The notes: generated from the sequence alone by a model not told the origin. A DNA stretch of 64,000 nucleotides from Verrucomicrobiota bacterium (GCA_043803015.1 JAZDKK010000009.1:5592-69591), one strand, 5' to 3'; counted from the stretch's first letter, positions 9,765 through 20,700 are shown. Translations and numbers: made by a program.

Positions 9765-10432
9765 CAGCCAAGAACATACGAGTCTACCGCGACCTGATGG
9801 GCGAGAACGAGAAGTGGGCCCGCGCCAGCCGCGACCTGCTGAGGGAACGCCGGCTGGCCATGCTGAACCTTATCGGCGCGCCAGGTTGCGGGAAAACCTC
9901 CCTGCTCGAGCGGACGACCCGGGACCTCGGCGGCCGGCTGCGCCTCGGCGTCCTGGAAGGGGACGTGGAAACTACGCACGATGCGCAGCGGATCCAGAAG
10001 CTGGGCATCCCGGTCAGCCAGCTCCTGACCGGCGGCGCCTGCCACCTCGAGGCAAAGCTGGTGTACGTCGCCCTCCGCGATCTTCCGCTGGACCAGCTGG
10101 ACCTCGTGGTGGTGGAGAACGTCGGCAATCTCGTCTGTCCGGCGGAGTTCGACATCGGCGAGAACGCGAAGGTCGCGGTCCTGAGCGTGACCGAGGGCGA
10201 GGACAAACCGCTGAAGTACCCCCTGCTGTTCCGCGAGTGCCTGGCGGTCGTGCTGACCAAGACCGACCTGCTGCCGCACCTCACGTTCAACATGAACGCG
10301 TGCCTCAAGTACCTGAGGCAGGTCAACGCCACCGTACCCGTGTTTCCGCTTTCCGCCGTGACGGGGGAGGGGGTGGCGGAATGGATCGAGTGGGTTCTCA
10401 AGGCCCGCGGGGCGAAGCCGGCGGCACCGTGA
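9761..10432 (+). CDS. hypB: Hydrogenase nickel incorporation GTPase HypB
   Basis: GAPGCGKT, GGACHL, ENVGNLVCPAEFDIGE, EGEDKPLKYP. Confidence 0.95.
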   Translation: MTAKNIRVYRDLMGENEKWARASRDLLRERRLAMLNLIGAPGCGKTSLLERTTRDLGGRLRLGVLEGDVETTHDAQRIQKLGIPVSQLLTGGACHLEAKLVYVALRDLPLDQLDLVVVENVGNLVCPAEFDIGENAKVAVLSVTEGEDKPLKYPLLFRECLAVVLTKTDLLPHLTFNMNACLKYLRQVNATVPVFPLSAVTGEGVAEWIEWVLKARGAKPAAP

Positions 10433-12705
10433 AGAAGCGCGTCAGAGTGACGGTCCTCGGCCGGGTCCAGGGCGTCGGCTTCCGGCCGACGGTCTTTCGC
10501 CATGCCTCCGACCTGGGCCTGTCCGGCTTCGTGAAGAACACCCCGGAAGGCGTGGTCGCCGAGGCGGAAGGTGAAGCGGGCGCCGTCGCCGCATTCCTCG
10601 ACCGCGTGGCCCGCAAGCCTCCGAGGCAGGCGCTGATCGAGCACCTGCAGACCGAGGACATCCCCCCCGGCGGGAACGGCGGGTTCCAGATTGTTCCGAG
10701 CCAGCGCTCGGGCGATCTGCGGGTGGGCATACCCCCCGATCTGGCCGCGTGCGAGGCCTGCGTGGGCGAGCTGTTCGACGCCGCGAACCGGCGCCACCGT
10801 TATCCCTTCACCAACTGCACCAACTGCGGCCCCCGGTTCACGATCCTCCACAAGCTCCCTTACGACCGGGACAACACCTCGATGGCCTCCTTCAAGCTGT
10901 GCGCGGCGTGCGGGGCCGAGTACGTCGATCCCGCGGATCGCCGGTTCGATGCCCAGCCCAACGCCTGCGCGGCATGCGGGCCGGCGCTGAGGCTCCTGGC
11001 CTCGGACGGCGCGCCCGTGGCCGCCGCCGACCCGCTTCGCGAAGCCGCAGGCCTGCTGAAGAGGGGCACCATCATTGCCATCAAGAGCCTCGGCGGGTAC
11101 CACCTCTGCTGCAATGCGCAGGACGACCAGGCCGTCGGTTTGCTCCGCCAAAGAAAGTCGCGGCCGGAGAAGCCGCTCGCGGTGATGTTCGCGTCGCTGG
11201 AGCAGGCGGCTCGCCATTGTGAGTTCAGCGACGCCGAGGCGAAGGAGCTGCAGGCCTCTTCCGCACCCGTGGTTGTCCTCAAGAGGCGCGCGGACTCGAC
11301 GCTCTCGGCACTCGTGTCGCCGGACACCAGCGACGTCGGAGCGTTCCTTCCGTACACGCCGCTGCACCATCTCCTGCTCGCCGAGGTCAGCCCGCTCATC
11401 ATGACCAGCGGCAACCATACCGAGGATCCGATCGCCAAGGACGAGGAGGAGCTGGCGCGGATCCTGAGCAGCATCGCCGACTATGCCCTGGCGCATAACC
11501 GGGCCATCGTGCGCCGCTGCGACGACTCCGTGGTCCGGATCGCCGCGGGCGAGCGGACGTTCCTCCGGCGTTCCCGCGGCTGGGTACCGGCCCATATCGA
11601 TCTGCCGGTAGGCGGTGCGCCGGTGCTCGCGTGCGGCGCCGAGCTGAAGAACACCTTCTGCCTCACGCGGGACCGGCAGGCGTTCGTGTCCCAGCACATC
11701 GGCGACCTGACGGAGTACGGCAGCTATCGTTTCCTGCAGGAGGCCGTTGACGATCTCGCGGCGCTCCTGAAGATCAGGCCCGCGGTCGTGGCGCACGACA
11801 TGCATCCGGACTACGGGTCCACCCGGTTCGCCCTGGCCTATCCCGCCGAACGGCGGGTGGCGGTCCAGCACCACCACGCCCACGTGGCCGCATGCATGGT
11901 CGAGCACGGGCTCACGGGACCGGTGATCGGCGTTGCCCTGGACGGCGCCGGATACGGGCCGGACGGGACGGTCTGGGGCGGGGAGTTCCTCGTCGCCGAT
12001 CTCCGGGCCTTCCGGCGGGCCGGTCACTTCAAGCCCTACCGCATGCCCGGCGGGGACGAGGCGATTCGTCACCCCGCGCGCATGGCGCTGAGCTGTCTGC
12101 GCGCGGAGTTCGGCGACGAGGCCGACAGCCTGGGCGCCCGCCTGCTGCCTTCCGTCCCCGACCGGGAGCGCGCGCTCCTGTTCCGCATGATCGACCAAGG
12201 AGCGCACGCGCCGTGGACGTCCAGCGCGGGGCGGTTGTTCGATGCCGCCTCAGCGCTCCTGGGGCTGTGCGACACGATCTCGTACGAGGGGCAGGCGGCG
12301 GTTCGCCTGCAGACGTTGGCCCACGCCGACGTCGCGAGCCACTACTCGTTCGAAGTCGATAGCTGCGCGAAGCCCTTCGTGCTGTCCTTTGCGCAGATGC
12401 TCCGCGAGGTTGTGGTGGACCTGGAATGTGGCGTGGATAAAGCCTTGGTAGCAGGCAAGTTCCATCGCACCTTGGCCGTGGCCGCGGCCGAGATGTGCCA
12501 GGCGATCCGTTCGATGGAGGGGTACGGAGACGTCGTGCTCTCCGGCGGCGTTTTCCAGAACGACCTGCTGCTCGACCTGCTGACGAGAGAGTTGAAGGCG
12601 CGCGGATTCAGAACGTATTCCCATCACCTGGTGCCTGCGAACGACGGCGGGATCGCGCTCGGACAGGCGGCGGTGGCGCTGGCGAGCACTCAGGTGCAGT
12701 TGTAG
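10429..12705 (+). CDS. hypF: Carbamoyltransferase HypF
   Basis: Acylphosphatase GRVQGVGFRP, Zn fingers NCTNCGPR, QHHHAH, NDGGIALGQ. Confidence 0.96.
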   Translation: MKKRVRVTVLGRVQGVGFRPTVFRHASDLGLSGFVKNTPEGVVAEAEGEAGAVAAFLDRVARKPPRQALIEHLQTEDIPPGGNGGFQIVPSQRSGDLRVGIPPDLAACEACVGELFDAANRRHRYPFTNCTNCGPRFTILHKLPYDRDNTSMASFKLCAACGAEYVDPADRRFDAQPNACAACGPALRLLASDGAPVAAADPLREAAGLLKRGTIIAIKSLGGYHLCCNAQDDQAVGLLRQRKSRPEKPLAVMFASLEQAARHCEFSDAEAKELQASSAPVVVLKRRADSTLSALVSPDTSDVGAFLPYTPLHHLLLAEVSPLIMTSGNHTEDPIAKDEEELARILSSIADYALAHNRAIVRRCDDSVVRIAAGERTFLRRSRGWVPAHIDLPVGGAPVLACGAELKNTFCLTRDRQAFVSQHIGDLTEYGSYRFLQEAVDDLAALLKIRPAVVAHDMHPDYGSTRFALAYPAERRVAVQHHHAHVAACMVEHGLTGPVIGVALDGAGYGPDGTVWGGEFLVADLRAFRRAGHFKPYRMPGGDEAIRHPARMALSCLRAEFGDEADSLGARLLPSVPDRERALLFRMIDQGAHAPWTSSAGRLFDAASALLGLCDTISYEGQAAVRLQTLAHADVASHYSFEVDSCAKPFVLSFAQMLREVVVDLECGVDKALVAGKFHRTLAVAAAEMCQAIRSMEGYGDVVLSGGVFQNDLLLDLLTRELKARGFRTYSHHLVPANDGGIALGQAAVALASTQVQL

Positions 12706-12796
12706 CGGCGCTTCTGTGAAGCGCCGGTGAGGGGCGCTTGACCCGCCTGCATCGCCTGCGGCGAAGCCGCTGCGGGCAGGCACAAGCGCCCCTACA
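12701..12796. repeat. REPIN-like element (inverted GTAG-hairpin pair) with nested insert
   Basis: TGTAG-CGGCGCTTC-tgt-GAAGCGCCG ... AGGGGCGCTTG-[~40 nt]-CAAGCGCCCCTACA; its TAG is the hypF stop. Confidence 0.7.
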
Positions 12797-12826
12797 CTTG
12801 GGAATGGAGTGGCGAGGAGACAAGTT

Positions 12827-13066
12827 ATGTGTCTTGCGGTTCCAGTACGAATCATCGAGCTCCGCGGCGACACGGCCGTCGTGGACATCTCCGGCGTGCG
12901 CCGCGAGGCCAATGTTTCATTCATCGACTCCCCCAAGGTCGGCGATCACGTTCTCCTGCACGCGGGTTTCGCCATCGAGAAGTGGTCCGACGAGGACGTG
13001 CGCGAGTACGAACAGATCATCCGGGAGGCGGGCGACGCGTTCTTCGAGCCCGGCAAGACGCCATGA
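12827..13066 (+). CDS. hypC: Hydrogenase assembly chaperone HypC
   Basis: MCLAVP N-terminus, GDHVLLHAGFAI. Confidence 0.95.
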   Translation: MCLAVPVRIIELRGDTAVVDISGVRREANVSFIDSPKVGDHVLLHAGFAIEKWSDEDVREYEQIIREAGDAFFEPGKTP

Positions 13067-14121
13067 CGGTCGCAGCGGACATGGAGGCTGTTCACCGCCT
13101 GGCCAAGCAGATCGGCCGGCCGGTCACGCTCATGGAAGTCTGCGGCACGCACACCATGGCGGCGTTCCGGTCGGGCCTGCGGGCGATTCTTCCGAAGAAC
13201 CTCTCGCTCCTGTCAGGGCCGGGCTGCCCGGTCTGCGTCACGCCGAACGGCTACCTGGACCGTGCCATCGCCATCGCTCAACAGCCCCGGACCATGGTCG
13301 CCACCTTCGGCGACATGATGCGCGTTCCGGGAACGGAGTCGTCGCTCGAACAGGCGCGGGCCCAGGGCGCTCTCGTCCGCGTGGTGTATTCGCCGCTGGA
13401 CGCGTTGCGCGAGGCGGAGAAGAATCCCAAGCTCCGCGTGGTCTTTCTCGGCGTCGGGTTCGAGACCACTGCGCCGGCCACGGCGTGGAGCATCCAGGAG
13501 GCCGCGCGGCAGGTACCGAACTTCTCCGTGCTCTGCGCGCACAAGACGATGCCGCGGGCCATGGCGGCGCTCCTGGCAGGCGGGGACGTGCGCGTGGACG
13601 GGTTCCTGTGTCCCGGGCATGTGAGCGTGGTGATCGGGTCCAGGCCGTACGAGTTCATCGTCCGAGACTTCGGCATCCCGTGCGTGGTCACCGGCTTCGA
13701 GCCGGCGGACCTCGTGGCCGGCATCGTGATGCTCCTCCGGCAGGTCGCCGAGCGGCGGGCCGCCGTGGAGATCCAGTACACGCGAAGCGTCGAGCGGGAG
13801 GGGAACCGGAAGGCGCAATCAGGAATCGACGACGTGTTTGAGGCCGCCGATGCGGAGTGGCGGGGGCTGGGAACCATTCCCGGCAGCGGCCTGGCCATCC
13901 GGAAGAAGTACTCGGCGCGCGACGCGGGCGTGCTGTTCGCGGACCTCCAGGTGCCCGCGGCCTCGGAGCCTGCCGGCTGCAAGTGCGGCGAGGTGCTCCG
14001 GGGCGCCAAGACGCCGGCAGACTGCCCCCTCTTCCGGACGCGATGCACGCCGGACCACCCGGTCGGCGCCTGCATGGTCTCCGGCGAGGGCACTTGCGCG
14101 GCGTGGTTCAAGTACTCATAG
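13063..14121 (+). CDS. hypD: Hydrogenase maturation protein HypD
   Basis: MEVCGTHT, GPGCPVCVTP, GFETTAP, PGHVS, GACMVSGEGTCAA. Confidence 0.96.
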   Translation: MTVAADMEAVHRLAKQIGRPVTLMEVCGTHTMAAFRSGLRAILPKNLSLLSGPGCPVCVTPNGYLDRAIAIAQQPRTMVATFGDMMRVPGTESSLEQARAQGALVRVVYSPLDALREAEKNPKLRVVFLGVGFETTAPATAWSIQEAARQVPNFSVLCAHKTMPRAMAALLAGGDVRVDGFLCPGHVSVVIGSRPYEFIVRDFGIPCVVTGFEPADLVAGIVMLLRQVAERRAAVEIQYTRSVEREGNRKAQSGIDDVFEAADAEWRGLGTIPGSGLAIRKKYSARDAGVLFADLQVPAASEPAGCKCGEVLRGAKTPADCPLFRTRCTPDHPVGACMVSGEGTCAAWFKYS

Positions 14122-14128
14122 TAGGCTT

Positions 14129-15148
14129 GTGAGCACAGACCCCCAGAGGATCGTCCTGCTCTCGCACGGCGGGGGAGGCCGCCGCACGAAGCAGCTGCTC
14201 AAGGAGGTCGTCCTGCCGTCCATCATGAACCCGATTCTGGCACGGCTGGATGACGGGGCCTGCCTGTCCGTCCCGGAGTCGGACCTGGTGCTCACCACGG
14301 ATTCCTATGTCGTGCGTCCGATCTTCTTTCCCGGCGGGGACATCGGGAAGCTGGCCGTGTGCGGCACGATCAACGACCTGGCCATGCAGGGCGGCGAACC
14401 CCGGTACCTGAGCCTCGCGCTCATTCTCGAGGAAGGTCTCCCCCTGGAGGATCTCCAGAAGATCATCGCCTCCGTCGGGAAGACGGCCGGCGAGGCCGGG
14501 GTCAAGATCGTCACGGGCGACACCAAGGTCGTGGAGCGCGGGAGCGGCGGGGGGATTTACATCAACACGGCGGGCCTGGGCGTCCGCAAGCCCGGCGTGG
14601 ATACGCACGTGGCGAACGCGAAGCCCGGCGACGCCGTGATCGTCACCGGGACGATCGGCGATCACGGCATCGCGGTGATGAGCGCCCGCGAGGGGTTGGC
14701 GTTCGAGTCGAAGCTGGTCAGCGATGTCGCGCCGCTGTGGAACATGGTGCAGGCCCTGCTGGGCGCCGTGCCGTCGATCCACTGCCTGAGGGACCCGACG
14801 CGAGGCGGGCTGGCCTCCGCCCTGAACGACATCGCCGAAGCATCTTCCGTGGGCATCCGCCTCAAAGAGTCGGCCCTCCGCGTGAAGAACGAAGTGCGGG
14901 GCGCCTGCGGCCTGCTCGGGCTCGATCCGCTCAACGTCGCGAACGAGGGCAAGGCGGTCGTGGTGTGTGCGCGGCAGGATTCGACGCGGACGCTGGCGGT
15001 CCTGAGATCGCATCCGCTCGGCTTGGAAGCTTCTGTCGTTGGGGAGGTTGTGGAACGTCACGCCGGCCAGGTCGTGCTGGAAACCGCGATCGGCGGCGAA
15101 CGCATCGTGGACGTGCCCAGCGGCGAGGACCTGCCGCGGATCTGCTGA
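14129..15148 (+). CDS. hypE: Hydrogenase maturation protein HypE
   Basis: SHGGGG, GDTKVVE, RDPTRGG, C-terminal LPRIC. Confidence 0.96.
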   Translation: MSTDPQRIVLLSHGGGGRRTKQLLKEVVLPSIMNPILARLDDGACLSVPESDLVLTTDSYVVRPIFFPGGDIGKLAVCGTINDLAMQGGEPRYLSLALILEEGLPLEDLQKIIASVGKTAGEAGVKIVTGDTKVVERGSGGGIYINTAGLGVRKPGVDTHVANAKPGDAVIVTGTIGDHGIAVMSAREGLAFESKLVSDVAPLWNMVQALLGAVPSIHCLRDPTRGGLASALNDIAEASSVGIRLKESALRVKNEVRGACGLLGLDPLNVANEGKAVVVCARQDSTRTLAVLRSHPLGLEASVVGEVVERHAGQVVLETAIGGERIVDVPSGEDLPRIC

Positions 15149-15241
15149 CGCGCCCGGAATCACCCCTTGAGTTGTCCGTTTTTTGTGGTATCTAGGTAAG
15201 CATTCGACCACGGACCGGGGTATCGCCCAACGGAGGAGATC

Positions 15242-15730
15242 ATGGCTCTCACATTCAGCGCGAACGAGGTTTTCGAGATCGCCGAGCAGATCGAGCGCAA
15301 CGGGGCGGCCTTCTACCGCAAGGCCGCGGACCTGCACCCCACCCAGCACAATAAGAACTTCCTACTCAAGCTGGCGGCGATGGAGGATGATCACCTGAAG
15401 ATCTTCCAGGCCATGCGCAAAGCCCTGTCCGCGGCGGAGCGGGAGCCGACCTCGTACGACCCGATGGACGAATCCCTGATGTACCTCCAGACGATGGCCA
15501 ACATGCACGGCGGTGAAGGTTCTCCCGATGTCTCCGCGAAGCTGACCGGCAAGGAGTCGATGAGAGATATTCTCTGGATCGCCATGCGGCTCGAGACCAA
15601 ATCGATCCTCTTCTACCTGGGGATGAAGGACATGGTTCCCGAGAAACTGGGACGGGACAAGCTGGACGTCATCATCAAAGAAGAGAAGAGCCACATCGTC
15701 GTCCTGTCGAAAGAGCTGAAGACCATCTAG
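15242..15730 (+). CDS. Ferritin-like/rubrerythrin family diiron protein
   Basis: E..IE..GAAFY...EDDH and E..SILFY...EEKSH diiron ligand pattern; GGAGGAG RBS. Confidence 0.85.
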   Translation: MALTFSANEVFEIAEQIERNGAAFYRKAADLHPTQHNKNFLLKLAAMEDDHLKIFQAMRKALSAAEREPTSYDPMDESLMYLQTMANMHGGEGSPDVSAKLTGKESMRDILWIAMRLETKSILFYLGMKDMVPEKLGRDKLDVIIKEEKSHIVVLSKELKTI

Positions 15731-15745
15731 GAAAGGAACGGACCC

Positions 15746-16240
15746 ATGGCCACCAAGTTCACGGCGGACGAGATCCTGGAGATGGCGGAACGGATCGAGA
15801 CGAAGGGCGCGAAATTCTACCGCAAGGCGGCCAAACTGCACGTCGGCGCGCGCGACCTGCTCCTGCAGATTGCGGCGCAGGAGGATCTGCACTTCAAGGC
15901 CTTTGAGGACATGAGAAAGGGCCTGTCGCCCAGCGAGAAGGAATCGGCGTACGACCCGTATGGCGAATCCGACCTCTACCTGAAAGCGATGGTGGACGGC
16001 TACGCGTTCGACATCAACCGGGAGCCGGCGGAAGCCATCACGGGCAAAGAGCCGCTGGACGAAGTTTTCAGGATGGCCATCGAGCTTGAGAAGGACTCCA
16101 TCGTTTTCTACCTCGGCCTCCGCGATGTCGTCCCCCCGTCCTTCGGGAAAGAGCGGGTCAACGACATCGTGAAGGAGGAGATGAAGCACATCGCCTGGCT
16201 GAGCAACAAGCGGGCGGAGGCAAAAGCCGGCTCCAGGTAA
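15746..16240 (+). CDS. Ferritin-like/rubrerythrin family diiron protein (paralog)
   Basis: Same pattern (EDLH, EKDSIVFY, EEMKH); clearly similar to the upstream gene. Confidence 0.85.
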   Translation: MATKFTADEILEMAERIETKGAKFYRKAAKLHVGARDLLLQIAAQEDLHFKAFEDMRKGLSPSEKESAYDPYGESDLYLKAMVDGYAFDINREPAEAITGKEPLDEVFRMAIELEKDSIVFYLGLRDVVPPSFGKERVNDIVKEEMKHIAWLSNKRAEAKAGSR

Positions 16241-16264
16241 ACCATCCGGACGCCGTGCCCCGCG

Positions 16265-16456
16265 CTACTCGACGATCTTGATGCACTCGACCGGGCAGCT
16301 CGAAGCGGCTTCTTTGACGGAGTCCACGGCCGAGGCAGGGATATCGCCGCCCTTGACGGTGGCGAGATTGTCGTCGCCCATTTCAAATACGTCCGGGCAG
16401 AGGGTCGTGCACAGCTCGCAGCCGGTGCAGGTATCGCGGTCAATCGTAACCTTCAT
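16265..16456 (-). CDS. Monocluster ferredoxin
   Basis: CTGCELC...CPDVF...CPVECI, 63 aa. Confidence 0.92.
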   Translation of the reverse strand: MKVTIDRDTCTGCELCTTLCPDVFEMGDDNLATVKGGDIPASAVDSVKEAASSCPVECIKIVE

Positions 16457-16549
16457 GTTCAGCCTTTCCTGTTTCGCTTTCCGTTATGTTGGTTCGTGGT
16501 CAGAATCATCGACCCCGGGTAACATCGCATGGCGGAGGGGTTTTGTCCA

Positions 16550-17563
16550 TCAGCCGGGCAGATGGTACTCGCCCTTGTACTTCTCCAGGATCTTGATGTA
16601 GTTGGCCCGCTCAAAGGCCGCCGGATCCGCCACCGATTTCTGGCTCATCGCGCCCTTCATTTGCTTGACGGACGCGTACTCGTGCTCCTCCATCCAGTTA
16701 TCGAGGTTCTCCAGGAGTGTCGTGATGTGACTGACGCCTTTCTTGAGCAGCGCGGAGGTGCTCATCACCACGTCGGCGCCCGCGAGGAGGTACTTCGCGA
16801 CTTCCTGGACGCCGTGGACCCCCGTCGTGGCCGCCAGGGAAACCCGCACCCGTCCGTACAGGATGGCGATCCACCGCAGCGGAAGGCGCATCTCCTCGGG
16901 CGTGCTCAGGTTCAGCGTCGAGGACACCGAGAGGTCGTCCAGGTTGAAGTCGGGCTGGTAGAACCGGTTGAAGAGGACGAGCGCATCGGCACCCGCGCCC
17001 TTCAGCTTCCGCGCCATGTTTGCCATCGAGCTGAAGAACGGGCTGAGCTTGACCGCCAGGGGGATGGTGACGCTGGCTTTCACGGCCTTGATGATCTCAA
17101 CGTACTTCTTCTCGACCTTCGCCCCGCTCAACTTCGGGTCCGTGGGCAGGTAGTAGATGTTCAGCTCGAGGCCCTTCGCGCCGGCATCCTGCATTTTCTT
17201 CGCATAACCGATCCAACCCTCGGACGAAACGCCGTTGAGGCTTCCAAGGATCGGAATATCCACGGCCTGGGAGGCCTGGTGGATGAGATCCAGGTACTGC
17301 TCCGGCCCCACGCGGTAGTCGCTGACCTTCGGAAAGTAGGAGAGGGCCTCGGCGAAGCTCTCCGTGCCCGCCGCCAGCGCGGCCTGCTCGGCCGCCTCCT
17401 CGTGCTTCAGCTGCTCTTCGAACAGCGAGAACAGGACCACCGCCGCCGCGCCGGCGTCCGCCATCCGCTTGATCCCGTCCAGGTTTTCGGACAGCGGGGA
17501 GGCCGAAGGCACGATCGGGTTCCTCAACTGCAGTCCCATGTACTTGGTTCTTAGATCCGCCAT
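16550..17563 (-). CDS. Dihydroorotate dehydrogenase-like FMN protein (PFOR-associated family)
   Basis: LRNPIVPSASP, AVKLSP, LFNRFYQPD, YLLAGADVV; directly downstream of nifJ. Confidence 0.85.
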   Translation of the reverse strand: MADLRTKYMGLQLRNPIVPSASPLSENLDGIKRMADAGAAAVVLFSLFEEQLKHEEAAEQAALAAGTESFAEALSYFPKVSDYRVGPEQYLDLIHQASQAVDIPILGSLNGVSSEGWIGYAKKMQDAGAKGLELNIYYLPTDPKLSGAKVEKKYVEIIKAVKASVTIPLAVKLSPFFSSMANMARKLKGAGADALVLFNRFYQPDFNLDDLSVSSTLNLSTPEEMRLPLRWIAILYGRVRVSLAATTGVHGVQEVAKYLLAGADVVMSTSALLKKGVSHITTLLENLDNWMEEHEYASVKQMKGAMSQKSVADPAAFERANYIKILEKYKGEYHLPG

Positions 17564-17616
17564 GGTTCAGTCCTTTCTTGGTTCAAGGAGTCCAACACAT
17601 CCTGCTCAGGCTCTTG

Positions 17617-17689
17617 TTTCCCTCTCCCTTGGGGAGAGGGTGAGGGCCGGGATTGCCCCTCACCCCGGCCCTCTCCCGGTGGGAGAGGG
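17617..17689. repeat. CCCTCTCCC/GGGAGAGGG palindromic intergenic repeat, copy 1
   Basis: TTTCCCTCTCCCTTGGGGAGAGGGTGAGGG ... TGCCCCTCACCCCGGCCCTCTCCCGGTGGGAGAGGG; related copy at 62625-62727. Confidence 0.8.
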
Positions 17690-17707
17690 TGGGCCTGTGA
17701 TCTCCAT

Positions 17708-20700
17708 CTACATTGTTTCCGCCGCCGGTGCGGGGGCCGCCGCCGTCGCAGCCAGGCGCTCGTACACCTTCCACCGCTCCTCCACGTCCTGCTGGGCGAG
17801 GACCATCAGCCGCTCGGCCTCCTTCGGGTTCATCCGGGTCAGCATCTTGTACCGGATCTCGTTGTAAGCGTAATCCTTGAGCGGGATCGTCGGCTTCTTC
17901 GAGTCCAGGCTGAACGGGTTCTGGCCCTTCGCGGCCAGCTCCGGGTTGTACCGGAAGAGCGGCCAATGGCCGCTGTCCACGGCCAGCTTCTGCTGGCGGA
18001 GCCCGTGGATCAGGTCGAAGCCCTGCGCGATGCAGTGGCAGTAGGCGATGATCAGCGACGGCCCGTTGTAGGCCTCCGCCTCGACGAAGGCCTTCAGCGT
18101 GTGCCGCGGGTTCGCGCCCAGGGCCACGTGGGCCACGTAGACGTTGCCGTAGGCGATGGCCATGAGGCCCAGGTCCTTCTTGCCCGCGGGCTTGCCGCCG
18201 GCCGCGAATTTCGCCACGGCCCCCCTCGGAGTGGCCTTCGAACACTGGCCGCCCGTGTTGGAGTACACCTCGGTGTCGAGCACGAGCGCATTGACGTTCC
18301 GGCCGCTGGCCAGCACGTGGTCCAGACCGCCGTAGCCGATGTCGTACGCCCAGCCGTCGCCGCCGAGCATCCACACGCTCCGCTTCACGAGATGCCCGCA
18401 GACCGTTTCGAGCCGGCGCGCCTCCGGCTTCTGGATCCCGCGCAGCTTCTCCCGGAGGGCCTTCACCCGTTCGCGCTGCCGGTTGATCTCCTGTTCCGTC
18501 GCCTGGGCGTTGGCCGCGCCGACGAGCTCGTTGACCAGGTCGGCGCCGAGATCGCCCTTCAGCTGCTGGAGCAATTCCACGGCGTACTCGCGGTGCTTGT
18601 CCACCGTCAGCCGGAACCCGTAGCCGAATTCGGCGTTGTCCTCGAAGAGCGAATTTGACCACGCAGGGCCCAGGCCGGCCTTGTTCGCGGTCCACGGCGT
18701 CGTCGGCAGGTTGCCGCCGTAGATGGAGGAACAGCCGGTCGCGTTCCCGATGAGCGCGCGGTCGCCGAACAGGCGGCTCAGGATCGTGACGTAGGGCGTC
18801 TCGCCGCAGCCCGTGCAGGCGCCGGAGAACTCGAACAGCGGCTCCGCGAACTGGACGTCCTTGACCATCGTCATGTCCAGCCCGTCGCGGCTCACCTCGG
18901 GCAGGGTGTCGAAGAACTCGAAGTTCTCGCGCTCGGCCTCGAGGATCGGAAGCTTGTCGGCCATGTTGATCGCGCGCTTCGCAGGGCTCTCCTTGCTCTT
19001 GCGCGGGCAGGACTCGACGCAGAGGCCGCAGCCGGTGCAGTCTTCGACGGCGATCTGGATCGTGTACTTCCGGCCCGGCTGGTCCTTGCTCTTCCACTCC
19101 ATGGACTTGAAGGTCCTCGGCGCCTTCGCCAGCAGGGCGGGGTCGTAGGTTTTTGCCCGGACGCAGGCGTGCGGGCACACGAGGCCGCAGTTGCCGCACT
19201 GGATGCAGAGGTCCGGCTCCCAGACCGGGACGGAGAGCGAGATGTTGCGCTTCTCCCATTTCGTCGTGCCGGTCGGGAACGTGCCGTCCACCGGCATCGC
19301 GCTGACCGGCAGTTCGTCGCCCTGGCCCGCCATGATCCGGGCGGTGACCTTCCTGACGAACTCCGGGGCCTTCGGCGAAACCGCGGGGGGCATGTCGTGC
19401 GCGCTCGTGGCCTGGGCGGGGACCTTGATCTCGAACAGGTTGGCGAGCGTCTGGTCCACCGCCTCGAAGTTCTTCTTCACGATGTCTTCGCCCTTGCGGC
19501 CGTAGGTCTTCTTGATCGACTGCTTGATCTTCTCGATGGCCTCTTCCTTCGGGAGGACGCCGGAGATGGCGAAGAAGCAGGTCTGCATGATCGTGTTGAC
19601 GCGGCTGCCCATGCCGGTCTGCTCGGCCACCTTGTAGCCGTCGATCACGTAGAACCTGAGCTGTTTGTCGATGATCTGCTGCTGCACGCTGCGCGGGAGC
19701 TGGCCCCAGACCTCGTCCTTCCCGAGCGGGCTGTTCAGCAGAAACGTGCCGCCCTTCACGGCGTACTTCAGCATGTCGATCTGATCGAGGAACACGAACT
19801 GGTGACAGGCCACGAAATTCGCCGCCTGGATGAGGTACGGCGAGTGGATCGGGTCGGGCCCGAACCGCAGGTGGGAAACGGTTTTCGACCCGGCCTTCTT
19901 CGAGTCGTACACGAAGTAGCCCTGCGCCTGCATGTCCGTCTCTTCGCCGATGATCTTGATGGAGTTCTTGTTCGCGCCGACCGTGCCGTCCGCGCCGAGC
20001 CCGAAGAACATGGCGCGCACGACGCTGGGGGACTCGGTGATGAAATTCCGGTCGCACTCCAGGCTGGTGTGCGCCACGTCGTCGTGGATCCCGACGGTGA
20101 AGTGGTTCTTAGGCTGGTCCTTCTTCAGCTCGTCGAACACCGCCTTGACCATGGCCGGCGTGAATTCCTTGGAGGACAACCCGTAGCGGCCGCCGATGAC
20201 CTTCGGCGTCTTGCCCATCGGCAGCGTGCCGCTGCCCAGGGCTTCGGCCAGCACCGTGACCACGTCCTGGTAGAGCGGCTCGCCCGGCGAGCCCGGCTCC
20301 TTCGTGCGGTCGAGCACGCCGATGGCCTTGACCGTCTTCGGGAGGGCGCCGAGCAAGTGCTGGGCCGAGAACGGGCGGTAGAGGTGGACGCGGATCACGC
20401 CGACCTTCTCCGCGCCGTGCTTCTGGAGATACATCACGGTCTCGAGCGCCGTCTCGGCTCCCGAGCCCATGAGGACGATGACGCGCTCGGCGTCCGGCGC
20501 GCCGAAGTAGTCGAACAGGTGGTACGCCCGCCCGGTCACCTTCGCGAACTGGTCCATGGCTTTCTGGACGATGCCGGGGCAGGCGGCGTAAAAGGGGTTC
20601 ACGGTCTCGCGGCCCTGGAAATAGACGTCCGGGTTCTGCGCCGTGCCACGGAGGAAGGGGCGGTCGGGGGTCATCGCGCGCTCGCGGTGCGCGAAGACCA

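Noticed and set aside
15167-15194. Possible promoter TTGAGT-16-TATCTA before the ferritin-like genes
   Set aside because: The -10 lacks the conserved final T and spacing is suboptimal; too weak to call.
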